A DNA stretch of 64,000 nucleotides from an uncultured Candidatus Saccharibacteria bacterium. GTDB lineage: Bacteria; Patescibacteriota; WWE3; 2-01-FULL-39-13. The notes beneath the pieces were generated by a model. That model was given only the letters and a program-made list of their open reading frames with translations. It was not told where the DNA came from and ran no database searches. The stretch spans positions 20,719 through 84,718 of the forward strand of contig CAYJKF010000002.1 in the NCBI GenBank assembly GCA_964370865.1, in the 5' to 3' direction. Numbering within the stretch: position 1 is the first letter of the stretch; every line of letters starts with the position of its first letter. Positions 48,472 to 59,161 of the stretch are shown piece by piece. A program made the position numbers and the translations under genes.

Positions 48472-49447
48472 GTTGTTTCAAATATAACATTAAGTGTTTC
48501 AATTTTAAGCTTCCCTTATACATTTTTTTCATTATTTCAAAATCACTTACCGTTCTTTTTTCTTGAATTATTTTTCGTTTAGCTAATATTGGTTTTATAT
48601 TTTTCAGATTATATATCCAACCCTGCGGATAGGTCATAGCAATTTTTGGTTTGAGAATAATTAGGAAAAATAACAATTCAAAAATATTAATTATTATGAA
48701 TACTGGCAGTACTATCAGAAGTGATAGTCTTGAATAGTTTTTAATTAACATTTGCATATTATTCTGATTACGCCAAACTGATGTTTTAGCGTTTATGGAA
48801 ATTTTGCGATTTGCCCCTGCATGGCAAATATATACATCATCTGAATATTGAAAACGTTTGTTATATAAATTGAGCCGCCAAAACCAATCTGTCTCTTCGA
48901 AGTACATAAAGAAATTACTATCAAGCCCTTCTGTATCTGAATACAATTTTTTGGTACAGAAAAGACACACTCCTGATAAATAAAATGGCTTGATATGTTT
49001 GAATTCGCTTCCAAATAAAAAGGTAGGGTATCCAAGTAAATCAATGGTACTTGTGTATCGCCCCAAAAACTCCCCATTAAACTTCTTTTCTTGAGGTGCA
49101 ATCACGTCCAATTTTTTGTTTTGGAATTCATCGTGTAGTTTTTTTACGAAGAAGTGATCTACTATAGTATCACTGTTAAGAATTAATACATATTCCCCTA
49201 GACTGTTTTCAATCCCGAGATTACAAGCGCTTGAGTAACCAAGATTTTTAGAATAAATGATTTTTATTCCGTTTATAACCCTAAGTACGTCACGGCTACC
49301 ATCACTAGATCCGCTATCTACGACAATTATTTCCAGGTTCTCATAAGTCTGATGTTTGAATGCTCCGATAAGATTAGCTAAATAATTAGCGCCACTGTAA
49401 TTTATAATGACAATCGAAATTAATTCGACTTGAGAGGTTTTTGACAT
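48461..49447 (-). CDS. GT2 glycosyltransferase (rhamnosyltransferase-like)
   Basis: IVIINY, VDSGSSDGS, NLGY, LNSD, FFMYFEETDWFWR. Confidence 0.88.
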   Translation of the reverse strand: MSKTSQVELISIVIINYSGANYLANLIGAFKHQTYENLEIIVVDSGSSDGSRDVLRVINGIKIIYSKNLGYSSACNLGIENSLGEYVLILNSDTIVDHFFVKKLHDEFQNKKLDVIAPQEKKFNGEFLGRYTSTIDLLGYPTFLFGSEFKHIKPFYLSGVCLFCTKKLYSDTEGLDSNFFMYFEETDWFWRLNLYNKRFQYSDDVYICHAGANRKISINAKTSVWRNQNNMQMLIKNYSRLSLLIVLPVFIIINIFELLFFLIILKPKIAMTYPQGWIYNLKNIKPILAKRKIIQEKRTVSDFEIMKKMYKGSLKLKHLMLYLKQHAE

Positions 49448-50145
49448 AGTATTGTTATAAAAGCCGAATATTTTTTGATGTATTTTCCAAAAGAAGACGG
49501 GAATGGATATAGCCCTGCTCCAAAAGTCTCAACATATTCAAAATCGTATAGTTTTTGCCAATCCGTTAGCCACTTACTAGTATATATACATTTATGCATC
49601 CAAGTATTGCCTCTTTCAGAAAGTTCCTCACCGTTATGAATTGCTAGTGGATTTCCAATACTCCAAGTCTTTGAGCTTGAATTAGATAAATCGAAAGGTG
49701 CCCAACCGCACATTAAGGCCCCAATATTATGAAGGCTAGAAAGGTTATTTGTACTTGTAATAATATAACCTCCAGGTTTAATTACTCTGGCAGCTTCCTC
49801 AAAAAAATTATCTAAGTTTGATAGATGTTCGATAACTTGATTGCTAATAAGACAGTCGATAGAATTTGATTCAATTGGCCACGAGTTAATTCCGCCATCC
49901 GCCACGATAGGATAAGTTTTAATTCCAAGTATGTTAGCTTTCTCTGCATATTCAGTTACAGGTTCAATACCATAAATATTTTCAGCATGTGCTAATTCGC
50001 CATATACTTTGGTAATCTGACCGTCCCAACAACCGACATCTAATATAGTTTTATGTGGGCCAGTTTTTCTAACCACCGAGTATACATTTTGGTAATTTAA
50101 AGATAAAGCCGAATTGTAGATTCTATTAAGGTATTTTTTTATCAT
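49420..50145 (-). CDS. Class I SAM-dependent methyltransferase
   Basis: ILDVGCWDG, NQVIEHL, RVIKPGG. Confidence 0.88.
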   Translation of the reverse strand: MIKKYLNRIYNSALSLNYQNVYSVVRKTGPHKTILDVGCWDGQITKVYGELAHAENIYGIEPVTEYAEKANILGIKTYPIVADGGINSWPIESNSIDCLISNQVIEHLSNLDNFFEEAARVIKPGGYIITSTNNLSSLHNIGALMCGWAPFDLSNSSSKTWSIGNPLAIHNGEELSERGNTWMHKCIYTSKWLTDWQKLYDFEYVETFGAGLYPFPSSFGKYIKKYSAFITILCQKPLKSN

Positions 50146-50840
50146 GTTCCTTTGATATATTTTACAAAAATATTATAAAAGCCAGATTTTGTAGCTAAAT
50201 ATTCTGAAGTGCTTAACTTAGAAAAAGTAGTCTCAAAAAAAGGTTTCCGTTTGAAGATCCATTTGGATATGTACATATTGAGCACTGCGAATGTTGTCCA
50301 TAATCCACCTTTTATATCATGATTCACGACTTCTAGTTTATATCCTTGTCCGAATTCACTCAATTGCTTTAATGAATAGTGACGATGATTGATTAACCAC
50401 CAAGCAGGGTCAAAAATGTTTGAAATTATGTGGTTGAATGGGGTAGAAAGATAAAAATGCCCGCCTTCTTTTAATACCCTTGAAACTTCTCTGTACATAA
50501 GGTTCTCTGTGTTATATGGGATATGTTCGATAACTTCCCAAGAAACAACGGTATCAAAATAGTTATCAGGAAATGGAAGTTCTATTGCTGAACCTACTTT
50601 AAATTCAACCCGTGGATCATTTATATTATTTTTTGCCGTCTTCAAATCGCTTTCAGTTATCTCGATAGAACAGATTTTTTCAACAGAGTTATTTATCGCG
50701 AATAATTCAAACCACCCAAAACCACATCCAATATTTAAAATTCTTTTTTCTCTCATGTCAGAGGAATCAACGAAGTTTATACTGTATGCTAAACGCCCAT
50801 TTAGTTGTTCGCTAGGTTTATCGTTTAGAATGTTTTTCAT
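50142..50840 (-). CDS. Class I SAM-dependent methyltransferase
   Basis: ILNIGCGFG, LPFPDNYFD, EVIEH, LKEGG..STP; start moved to ATG 50840. Confidence 0.9.
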   Translation of the reverse strand: MKNILNDKPSEQLNGRLAYSINFVDSSDMREKRILNIGCGFGWFELFAINNSVEKICSIEITESDLKTAKNNINDPRVEFKVGSAIELPFPDNYFDTVVSWEVIEHIPYNTENLMYREVSRVLKEGGHFYLSTPFNHIISNIFDPAWWLINHRHYSLKQLSEFGQGYKLEVVNHDIKGGLWTTFAVLNMYISKWIFKRKPFFETTFSKLSTSEYLATKSGFYNIFVKYIKGT

Positions 50841-51669
50841 ATTCAGATAATAATTTTTGGTGTAAAACACCACATGCAACTGCCAGAAATTCGAATGACT
50901 TCAAAATAACTAAACCAACACCAATTGTAGGATTTTCAAATAAAATTTTAGGGCGTTTAAATAAAACGAAATATCTATAGAATGCATTCATTTGTTTATT
51001 CGAATATTTGGAATTATGATCTTTGTTTGCATATTTATTAATAAATTTACCGTAATAGAATTTTTTCTTTAGTGATTTCCAAAAATTTACTTCGCCATCA
51101 TTGTGATAAATTGGGGCGTTAATTCGACCTACTTCACCTAGACTCTTAGCCCTTTGAGATAAGTCCCAGTCTTCCCCACTAATTAGGTTCGTATCGTATC
51201 CCCCTAATGTTTGCATTACTGAATACTTGAAAAACCTTGCGGCCTCAATATATTCATTACCAACATATAGTTTTTTTTCAAGTGCTCGGCATTTTGCCCA
51301 AAATCCGTGCCCGATTGATATTTCAGGTATTATTACAGCTGACAGTTTTTCGTTTGATTCAATCTGATCTATGAGTTCTTGGAAAACATTTGAATCAAGA
51401 ATCATATCAGCATCAAGAATAAGAATATAATCACCAGTGGCCATACTAATGCCAAAATTTCTTTGTGTTGATCGTTCGGGTCCGATTATATAAACTAGTT
51501 TGGTATATTTTTTCGCAATTAGAGCGGTGTTATCGTTAGTTAAGGGATGATCGACAACAATCATTTCATAATTACCATACGTTTGATTTATAATTGATTC
51601 GCAAAGGTTCTTAATATTCTTCTCTTCATTTTTCGTTGATACAACAACAGACAGTTTCTTTTTTGTCAT
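50818..51669 (-). CDS. GT2 glycosyltransferase
   Basis: LSVVVSTKNEE, GPERSTQRNFG, LDADM, GEDWDL; start moved to ATG 51669. Confidence 0.88.
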   Translation of the reverse strand: MTKKKLSVVVSTKNEEKNIKNLCESIINQTYGNYEMIVVDHPLTNDNTALIAKKYTKLVYIIGPERSTQRNFGISMATGDYILILDADMILDSNVFQELIDQIESNEKLSAVIIPEISIGHGFWAKCRALEKKLYVGNEYIEAARFFKYSVMQTLGGYDTNLISGEDWDLSQRAKSLGEVGRINAPIYHNDGEVNFWKSLKKKFYYGKFINKYANKDHNSKYSNKQMNAFYRYFVLFKRPKILFENPTIGVGLVILKSFEFLAVACGVLHQKLLSEYEKHSKR

Positions 51670-51781
51670 GTAGGATTCTTTCTTTAATTTTAATATTTTA
51701 CCACTTATAAATTTGTAAAACTTATTTGATATACGAAATCTACATGGAGTATTTTCTAAAATATTGATTCTACTGTCAGTG

Positions 51782-54043
51782 TTATGGTTCGATTCGAAGT
51801 ATCGTTTTTTCTGCAAGGTTCAGAAATTTCGAATATTGTAATTCAGATAGTAATACGGGTTTGCTCAGCAAAGTATAGCCTCCTGTTGCATATACTTTAA
51901 TAGGTGAATGGTTCAGGTTTTCAAGTGATACTACATATAATGTGAATTTTGAGGAATTATTGATGGTGACATTTTTTATGTTGTTATTATATCGTATAAT
52001 GATTTCGCTGAATTTTACTGATTCATTAGGTATATGTATTCCCTCGAATAAAAGGTAACCGTTGTTATTTGTCGAATAGAATTGTTGAAATTCAGTAGGC
52101 TCATTGTTGTTCTCTGGGTTAACTATTTCAATCGTGTCAGTATTAAAAATAATTGCACTGTTTGTTAGGTGTGTCCGTGCATTTTGAGAATAAATTAGTT
52201 CGCTGTGAACCTTATCAGATCGCACTAACTGACCCAGTTCCCAAGTTTTGGAAGGTTTAGTTTCGAAAATAAATTCCTGAATCGTTTTGTTATTTAGAAA
52301 AGTCGGATTATAATAATCAAAACATACCTCTTTCCGATCTATAATTACATTCCCATAATATTTTTCACAGTTTATTTCCGCTACTCGTTTATATAGTTTA
52401 ATTTTCCCAAATGTTTTTATTTCTTGATAGTTCTCAAGCAATAAATTATTGTATTCTTCTCGTTTCAAGTGGTAATTGTCATCAATTATTAAAGTAGGTT
52501 TTATATTTTCGATTCTTTCAGAAAGATTAATAGCTGCCATTTCTGATTTAGATATATATAAATTTGTAAGTCTGTTCAGATGGTAATCATTAGGCTCGTA
52601 ATTATACCAATTAAATATTTGTATATTATTTTTTAGATAAAGAAGGCTTTGCATTAAATCAATATAGACATACGGGTTATGTGTTAATTTTCGTTGATCA
52701 TACCAATCATAGTTACCGTATAAGTACGAAGATGAATTTATTGGTAGGTATAACACACTTTCGTTTGGATGATTTGTCTCTATATACTCAACTATCTCAG
52801 TATATTCTTTCGGAATGGTTGTAAAAATTACGTGTTGTTGCAGTTGTTTGACTGAGGTATAGACATTTAAAAGCAACAAGATACTAAATAGTGTAATGTA
52901 TGCAGTTTTCAATTTTCCTTTTAATGTTTCTATAGCAGTGTAAGTAAGTATTATTTGAAACATAAATACAAATGCATACAATCTGTGTGATGATCTAATT
53001 GAAGACATTAATGGAAAGTTATCAAAGATAAACAAGTATAAATTGTATGGCGAATTGCTTCCCATTAATAATATGACTATTAGTGCATATGCTAGAAGTA
53101 GAAGTCTTATGCTCTTGGATTTATAGTAAATATGAACGACAATTGTCAAAAGTAAAAAGATACAAAATATTATAGGTACGGTTGGGTGAATATTAAGTGA
53201 TATAAAATATCTCCCGGTTACGGCATCTAAGAATGTTTCATTATTTACAGGTGCTAAAAATGATTTTTTGAATTCGTATTCGCCAATATTGCGAATCCAA
53301 GAGATATTAAGCAGTATAAAGGTGGTTACTGTTGTGAATCCAATAATCGAAAACTTTTTCAGATTTGAAAAAATATTTTTAATATTAAATCCTAATAGAA
53401 TTATTGCCGAATAGAAAAGAATTGGGAGATAGTTTATCCCAAGCGTCAGAATCAACAATATTAGTAGATTTGCTATTCCAGTTAGTAGAAGTAATTTATT
53501 AGTGGTGAAAGATTTGATGTCTCTGAAAATGTATAGTAAGAAGCTTATGAACAGAATTACAATTGTATGATTTATTGCGTACGATGTACCTGAACAAAGT
53601 AATTGCGCTTTATAAACTGGGGTGTATAACAGGAAAGAGACTAGAAGGACATATTGAAACTTAAGGTTGCGTTTACCTAAACCAAATCGTATCAGAGAAT
53701 ATGTTGCAAGTATTTGCAATAAAATGCCTGAGGCAATATAAAACACGAATGGGTTAAGATTCATTGTTTCACCGATGCTTAAATAGGTAAAGTAAGTGGT
53801 ACTATATAGCCAAGAATATGGATAAAATAATATACATCCTGGGCAACTAAATAAATTTGATGGCTTTGAAAAATCTATATTTTCGTATAAAGTTTCAAGA
53901 TGAGGAGTATATGATAGGGTCGCCTGATATTCACCGCAGAGGAATAATGAATTTGGTGGTATTCGATTTGATACTGTTAAAAGAGTCAAATACAGTAAGA
54001 CTGCACCAAAAAATATCCAGTAAATAATTCTTTTTTTTGTCAT
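51782..54043 (-). CDS. Putative GT-C-type membrane protein with large C-terminal extracytoplasmic domain
   Basis: About 11-12 TM, FPLMSSIRSSHR (cf. 44318 and 42633), IPKEY..VLYLP..Y.WY. Confidence 0.55.
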   Translation of the reverse strand: MTKKRIIYWIFFGAVLLYLTLLTVSNRIPPNSLFLCGEYQATLSYTPHLETLYENIDFSKPSNLFSCPGCILFYPYSWLYSTTYFTYLSIGETMNLNPFVFYIASGILLQILATYSLIRFGLGKRNLKFQYVLLVSFLLYTPVYKAQLLCSGTSYAINHTIVILFISFLLYIFRDIKSFTTNKLLLLTGIANLLILLILTLGINYLPILFYSAIILLGFNIKNIFSNLKKFSIIGFTTVTTFILLNISWIRNIGEYEFKKSFLAPVNNETFLDAVTGRYFISLNIHPTVPIIFCIFLLLTIVVHIYYKSKSIRLLLLAYALIVILLMGSNSPYNLYLFIFDNFPLMSSIRSSHRLYAFVFMFQIILTYTAIETLKGKLKTAYITLFSILLLLNVYTSVKQLQQHVIFTTIPKEYTEIVEYIETNHPNESVLYLPINSSSYLYGNYDWYDQRKLTHNPYVYIDLMQSLLYLKNNIQIFNWYNYEPNDYHLNRLTNLYISKSEMAAINLSERIENIKPTLIIDDNYHLKREEYNNLLLENYQEIKTFGKIKLYKRVAEINCEKYYGNVIIDRKEVCFDYYNPTFLNNKTIQEFIFETKPSKTWELGQLVRSDKVHSELIYSQNARTHLTNSAIIFNTDTIEIVNPENNNEPTEFQQFYSTNNNGYLLFEGIHIPNESVKFSEIIIRYNNNIKNVTINNSSKFTLYVVSLENLNHSPIKVYATGGYTLLSKPVLLSELQYSKFLNLAEKTILRIEP

Positions 54044-54163
54044 TTTGATAATTCAATAACTTTACAATATGTTATTGGCAGTTGTAGGTTATGATTTCCA
54101 GCCGCAAATTGATTTGGTCTTAGTAATAACGTCAGTATTGATAGGGAGAAAAGGTAGAGGGTA

Positions 54164-55162
54164 TCAAATATTTTTTGTACCGTCATCTGCGTCATTTGAA
54201 ATAGTGTGCGCAATTATACTTGAGTTTTTATTCTGATTCGTATTAATTTCGATTAGTTCACCCAATAATCCCAGGCTAATATTATTTATACCCACGATTA
54301 CAAACAAAATACCGACAAAGAAAAGAGGTCTGCCATAAATATAGTTACCAAATAACCATCCGATGCCTAGATAAATCAGAATTAGCGTTCCCGCTGATAA
54401 TAGTAAGAGACCAAGTTTCCCAAAAAGATTAAATGGATTTTCTCTGAAGTTAAAAATAAAATATATACTTACGATATCTAGGACCGATTTAATAAACCTT
54501 TTTATGCCAGTTTTCCCATACTTAGATGTCCCGTATTTTCTCAACTCTTGTTCAATTTCTACTTCTCCAACTGAATATCCATTGATACTGGCTAGGAATG
54601 GAATGTATCTGTGATAATCTGATTTTAAGGGAATAGATTTAGCGCATTCGTAGCTCATTATCTTATATCCACAATTCATATCAGAAATTTCATATCCTGC
54701 CAAATATTTGACTAAAGCGTTCATTACTTTTGAAGTACCTTTTTTAATTAGGTTTTTTGTGTATCGATTCTTTCTGTTACCGACAATTAATGAATGTTGA
54801 GTAGTTGTTATTGCATTCCAAAACTTTTGTATATCTTTTGGATTATCCTGGAGATCGGCATCCATCATTAGAATGTATTTACTATCTACGTATTGTAATG
54901 CAGTCTTAATGGCTTTTGTTTTCCCTGCATTCTTTTGAATACATATATATCGGGTACTTATTGGTTTTTTGTCTTTGATTAGATCTCTTATAACTCTATC
55001 CGTGTTATCTGTACTGCCATCATTAATAATTACAATCTCCGAAATAATAGGTAGCTTTATAAGTTCGGAACAGATTAGTTCGTAAAGTTCTGGTAACGAT
55101 TCACTCTCGTTGTATGCCGGTATCAATATACTTAAATCTTTTCGTTCTTTTTCAGTATGCAT
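54164..55162 (-). CDS. GT2 ArnC/GtrB-like polyprenyl-phosphate glycosyltransferase
   Basis: LIPAYNESESL, NDGSTD, MDADLQD, DMNCGYK, HRYIP, two C-terminal TMs with GLLGE. Confidence 0.88.
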   Translation of the reverse strand: MHTEKERKDLSILIPAYNESESLPELYELICSELIKLPIISEIVIINDGSTDNTDRVIRDLIKDKKPISTRYICIQKNAGKTKAIKTALQYVDSKYILMMDADLQDNPKDIQKFWNAITTTQHSLIVGNRKNRYTKNLIKKGTSKVMNALVKYLAGYEISDMNCGYKIMSYECAKSIPLKSDYHRYIPFLASINGYSVGEVEIEQELRKYGTSKYGKTGIKRFIKSVLDIVSIYFIFNFRENPFNLFGKLGLLLLSAGTLILIYLGIGWLFGNYIYGRPLFFVGILFVIVGINNISLGLLGELIEINTNQNKNSSIIAHTISNDADDGTKNI

Positions 55163-55845
55163 ATAAGGCTAACTCCAAATAAGAACTTGATTCGCCTTTT
55201 AATAAAGTGTCTTTCGAATTTAAAAATTGGTGTAAATATTTTATCGCGTTTCTTACTATATCTAGATGACGTTAGTTTCTTCTTATTTTTTACTGCATAG
55301 AATAATGCTGGTAGAAAAAGGAAAAAATTATAATATGAGGAATATTCAATTTTAAAATTAGTTTTTGAAATTACTTCTTCTAAAGTGCTCTTTGTGTATC
55401 TTCTGAAGTGTCCGAAATCTACGTCTTTCTGTGTCCATAAAAATTGAAACGCTGGAACAGTTATAATCAAGTACCCGTTCTCATTAAGCATTTCATATAT
55501 TGTTTTCAGAGATTTCTCATGATCCTCAACGTGCTCAAGGACATCAAGCAGTAGAGCAACGTCGAACTTATTTGAGATTTTCAAATCGGGTAGTGCACCT
55601 TCAATTGGTTGTAAATTCTTTTGATTGAGAATTTTTAAGCTTGTAGGTGAATTATCTATAGTAGAAACGTTATATCCCATTCCTAGAATTTGCTCCGCAA
55701 TTATTCCTGTCCCGGCTCCGATGTCTACGATTTTTTTATTTTTGTCTACTAATTGTTTGAGGAGAGTTAATACGATTGCTGTTCTTCCATTCATCCACCA
55801 ATCACTTCGGTTTGCTTCCATATGCTCATGGATAATTTCTTTCAT
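55132..55845 (-). CDS. Class I SAM-dependent methyltransferase
   Basis: VDIGAGTG, LDVLEH, TVPA..LW..D..GHFRRY. Confidence 0.9.
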   Translation of the reverse strand: MKEIIHEHMEANRSDWWMNGRTAIVLTLLKQLVDKNKKIVDIGAGTGIIAEQILGMGYNVSTIDNSPTSLKILNQKNLQPIEGALPDLKISNKFDVALLLDVLEHVEDHEKSLKTIYEMLNENGYLIITVPAFQFLWTQKDVDFGHFRRYTKSTLEEVISKTNFKIEYSSYYNFFLFLPALFYAVKNKKKLTSSRYSKKRDKIFTPIFKFERHFIKRRIKFLFGVSLICILKKNEKI

Positions 55846-56969
55846 TGGAATATTTTAGCACTAACTAATTTATAAAACTTTGCTGATTGTACCTCCCAAT
55901 CGAACTGCTTTGGAAAATTTATTATTCTTTCTCTATTCAATTGATTATCTTTTAAATCAATTATTTTTTCTACAAGTTCGTTCATATCTTTACACACATA
56001 TCCTGAATAATTATTTTTTATGGACTCTTTATTTCCTGCTACATCAAATGAAACAGCTGGAGTGCCTTGTGTATTTGCTTCGAGGTTTCCTAGACCCCAT
56101 CCTTCTTTAATTGACGTATTTATAAATACATGTGCCTTAGCCATTAATTGGTATTTCTCTTCTTCAGAAACAAAACCGAAGAATTTTACAGACTCATTCA
56201 AGTTTTTATTCGTAACAAGTTGTTTTAATTCATTTACATATTCCTCATCACCTTTACCTACAATCCATAGTTTTGCATTTGGGATTTCTTTTTTGACCTT
56301 TTCGAATACTTCAATTGCTGTATCGGGACCTTTCATTTTTACAATTCTATTAACATATAGAAGGGTAAAATCTTTTTCTTTTTGCAAATGTTTGAAATCG
56401 TAATCGACCTTGAGCCCATGATTTATAACTTGAATGTTTTCTTTTGGAATATTTAACTTTAGTAAATCATCTTTGGTTCCGTATGCACCGGTTACGAACT
56501 TAGTTTTTTTATATAGTTTGAAAACTAGGTTTTCGAAAAGTTTTCCAGCAGAACTTATTGGAAAAGGATACATCTTATCCCAAATTTCTCCGGCAACTTC
56601 GTGAATGAAGACCACAATTTTTTCTTTTACATATAATGGTGTTAAAAAAGGAAGACCATGGACTTCATCAATGACTACATCCACATTATTTTTGTATTTT
56701 TTTAAGTATAGAAAAGCTACTGATAATAAAAAAATAGGATAGGTGAAAAGTAGTGAAAGTAGGTTACGCGTCAGTGGAAAACCTGTATATACAAAATTTA
56801 CGCCTTCTACTACTTCACTATCTGGAGAGTTTTCATAACGAGGACTTATCCAAGTTACCTGAGCATTATGGTTTTGAACCCATCTTTTAGCATGTTCTAA
56901 AGTTACTTTTTCGGCACCGCCAGCAAGAGGGTCATTAATAGATCGCCAATTGAGTATCAGAATTCTCAT
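55842..56969 (-). CDS. GT4 glycosyltransferase
   Basis: ILNWR..P.AGGAE, VNRIVKMKG, KEGWGLGNLEA. Confidence 0.92.
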   Translation of the reverse strand: MRILILNWRSINDPLAGGAEKVTLEHAKRWVQNHNAQVTWISPRYENSPDSEVVEGVNFVYTGFPLTRNLLSLLFTYPIFLLSVAFLYLKKYKNNVDVVIDEVHGLPFLTPLYVKEKIVVFIHEVAGEIWDKMYPFPISSAGKLFENLVFKLYKKTKFVTGAYGTKDDLLKLNIPKENIQVINHGLKVDYDFKHLQKEKDFTLLYVNRIVKMKGPDTAIEVFEKVKKEIPNAKLWIVGKGDEEYVNELKQLVTNKNLNESVKFFGFVSEEEKYQLMAKAHVFINTSIKEGWGLGNLEANTQGTPAVSFDVAGNKESIKNNYSGYVCKDMNELVEKIIDLKDNQLNRERIINFPKQFDWEVQSAKFYKLVSAKIFQ

Positions 56970-57043
56970 TAGAGATAGTTTATTACATTTCGCCTTTTAG
57001 TGTGCAGGAAAGGCGCTTAAAGTTTGTTAAGCTATAATAAATT
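56970..57043. promoter_or_regulatory. Divergent promoter region with central inverted repeat CGCCTTT-N11-AAAGGCG
   Basis: TAAACT(-) 56977-56982, 7 nt before ATG 56969; TATAAT(+) 57033-57038, 5 nt before ATG 57044; IR arms 56991-56997 and 57009-57015. Confidence 0.55.
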
Positions 57044-59161
57044 ATGCGAAAGTTTCTTTCGAATAATAGACAAATAATTTTAGCCAGTTTAATTTCATTA
57101 TCACTATTCCTTATATTCTTTTATAGATTGTTTTTGCCGGGATACTTGGTATGGGGGAGCGATTTCGAAAATAAACATTACCCAGCTAGGGTTTATTTAT
57201 ATGAACAAATCGTCGAAGAACATCGCTTTCCCTTTTGGACTGAAAAAATGTTTGGGGGATTTCCAATTTACGCGGATTTTGAACTTGGCTATTTAAATCC
57301 AATTAATATTGTTTCGCTCTTAATTTTTGGTCCAAATGTTTCAGTAAAGTTTTTATTATTATTTCATTATCTCGTAGGATCTATATCTCTATATTTATTA
57401 TTAAAACGATTTGGGTTTGGTTTACTGTCGTTTACAGCAGCAAATCTAGCTTTTTATTTTGCCTACTTTTTAATAAACCATCAAATTCACTTAAACCTAA
57501 TTCTTATCTCATACCTCATGCCACTTAACATATTATTAGTGGATATTGCCGTCCAAAAGATTAAAGAAGCTAAATATCGAAGTGCAATTAAATATTTATC
57601 CATTAATTCCATAATCTTTGGACTCGGACTTTTATGGGGACATCCACAGACATCACTTCTAATAATGATTGGTGTTTTTATATATTCGGTATTAAAAGTA
57701 TGGGGAAGTAATGCAAAAAAGATTTATTTAGTAATAGGATCTAATATATTTATTGGAGTATCTAGCATTTTACTTACGTTGTATCAGTATCTTCCTACAC
57801 TTGAAGTCTATTTACAAAGCAAACGTTTTGGAGAAGGAACGGTCGATTTTTTACAAGGGAGTTTAACAACAAGTTTATTTTCTCTAATAGTCTATCCGCA
57901 GGTATGGGGAATAAGAGATGAATTTATTGGAAGATATATTGACGGAAGCTATTCTTATACAGAAGCATATGTCTATGTAGGAATTGTAGTTTTTTCTTTA
58001 GCAATTTTTGGCTTCATATTTACGAGGTTGGATTTTATTTGTAAGTATTTCTTTGCCATCCTACTATTATTTTTGTTTTTCTGCTTCTTATCATATGTTC
58101 CATTTATAAAATATGAGTGGCCGATCCTGTCATCATTTAGATATTGGATCCGTTCTGTATTAATTTTTCAATTCGCATTAGCACTACTCGTAGCAAAGGT
58201 CGTCCACATATTCGAAACTTCTTCAATTAGAGAGTCGATGAATATTTCATATAAAAGAATCGTATTAATACTTTTACCATTTATTGGTTTATTATTAGCT
58301 GCGAAATTAAATTTCAACCATTTTCCTGATTACAATGTTTTGACGGATGAAGAAGCTCGAGAATTTATTATTGCTCCTCAAACTTTAATTTGGCTCATTC
58401 TTGCAATAATAACCTGGATTTCAATTTATCTAATGATTAGATATCGAAATATTAGACAAAAAATTTTAGTATTTCTGATTTTCGTAATATTCGCCGATTT
58501 TCTATTTTTTAGTCAGGATTTAGTTAATTACAGGTTTCGACCAGTTGATGTACAAATTGATGAGATACCTGATAGCTTAGGTTCTGTTAGAACTTTGAAT
58601 AATAGCGAGAATTATCTAGCTTTAAAGGGGGTCTATTACGATACATGGTCACCACTTGGTTACAGTCAGTTTGCCCCAAATGATTACATTAAAATTTTGA
58701 ATAATGCTGGAATGAAAGCCACCAAAACCGATGACTTAACACCAAGTGATTTTAAGTTTTCTACGGATTGGGAAAAAATCGGAGTAAATGCATATGTATC
58801 AGGAGGCACTCTTGAGCTAATAAATGAAAATACCGTGGGAAATGTATTAAAATCCCCAGAAATCTCATATGTTGAAGTAATAAATCGAGAGGAAGGAGAT
58901 CAAACATATTTAGTTAAGGCTGACACGGATACGATATTAGAAACTACGATTAGAAATTATAAAGATATGAGTGCGTTTGTGGATGGAAACGAAGTTGTGA
59001 ATTCAGGTGATAGTATTTTTATATCAATTCCCGTGACAATAGGGGAGCATAATATCGTAATACGGTACTTCCCAAGGTTATTTTATATAGGACTTTTGTG
59101 TTCAGTCATATACATTTCTGGTTTAATGTTGGTATTTAGATTTTCCAGAAAATACATCTAA
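57044..59161 (+). CDS. YfhO-family GT-C membrane protein
   Basis: GSDF...YP, FPFWTEKMFGGFPIYAD, GHPQ, YVG, C-terminal GEHNIVIRY plus last TM. Confidence 0.78.
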   Translation: MRKFLSNNRQIILASLISLSLFLIFFYRLFLPGYLVWGSDFENKHYPARVYLYEQIVEEHRFPFWTEKMFGGFPIYADFELGYLNPINIVSLLIFGPNVSVKFLLLFHYLVGSISLYLLLKRFGFGLLSFTAANLAFYFAYFLINHQIHLNLILISYLMPLNILLVDIAVQKIKEAKYRSAIKYLSINSIIFGLGLLWGHPQTSLLIMIGVFIYSVLKVWGSNAKKIYLVIGSNIFIGVSSILLTLYQYLPTLEVYLQSKRFGEGTVDFLQGSLTTSLFSLIVYPQVWGIRDEFIGRYIDGSYSYTEAYVYVGIVVFSLAIFGFIFTRLDFICKYFFAILLLFLFFCFLSYVPFIKYEWPILSSFRYWIRSVLIFQFALALLVAKVVHIFETSSIRESMNISYKRIVLILLPFIGLLLAAKLNFNHFPDYNVLTDEEAREFIIAPQTLIWLILAIITWISIYLMIRYRNIRQKILVFLIFVIFADFLFFSQDLVNYRFRPVDVQIDEIPDSLGSVRTLNNSENYLALKGVYYDTWSPLGYSQFAPNDYIKILNNAGMKATKTDDLTPSDFKFSTDWEKIGVNAYVSGGTLELINENTVGNVLKSPEISYVEVINREEGDQTYLVKADTDTILETTIRNYKDMSAFVDGNEVVNSGDSIFISIPVTIGEHNIVIRYFPRLFYIGLLCSVIYISGLMLVFRFSRKYI

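Noticed and set aside
56991-57015. Hairpin as a rho-independent terminator
   Set aside because: Lies between divergent gene starts and lacks a proper U-tract; kept only as a possible operator
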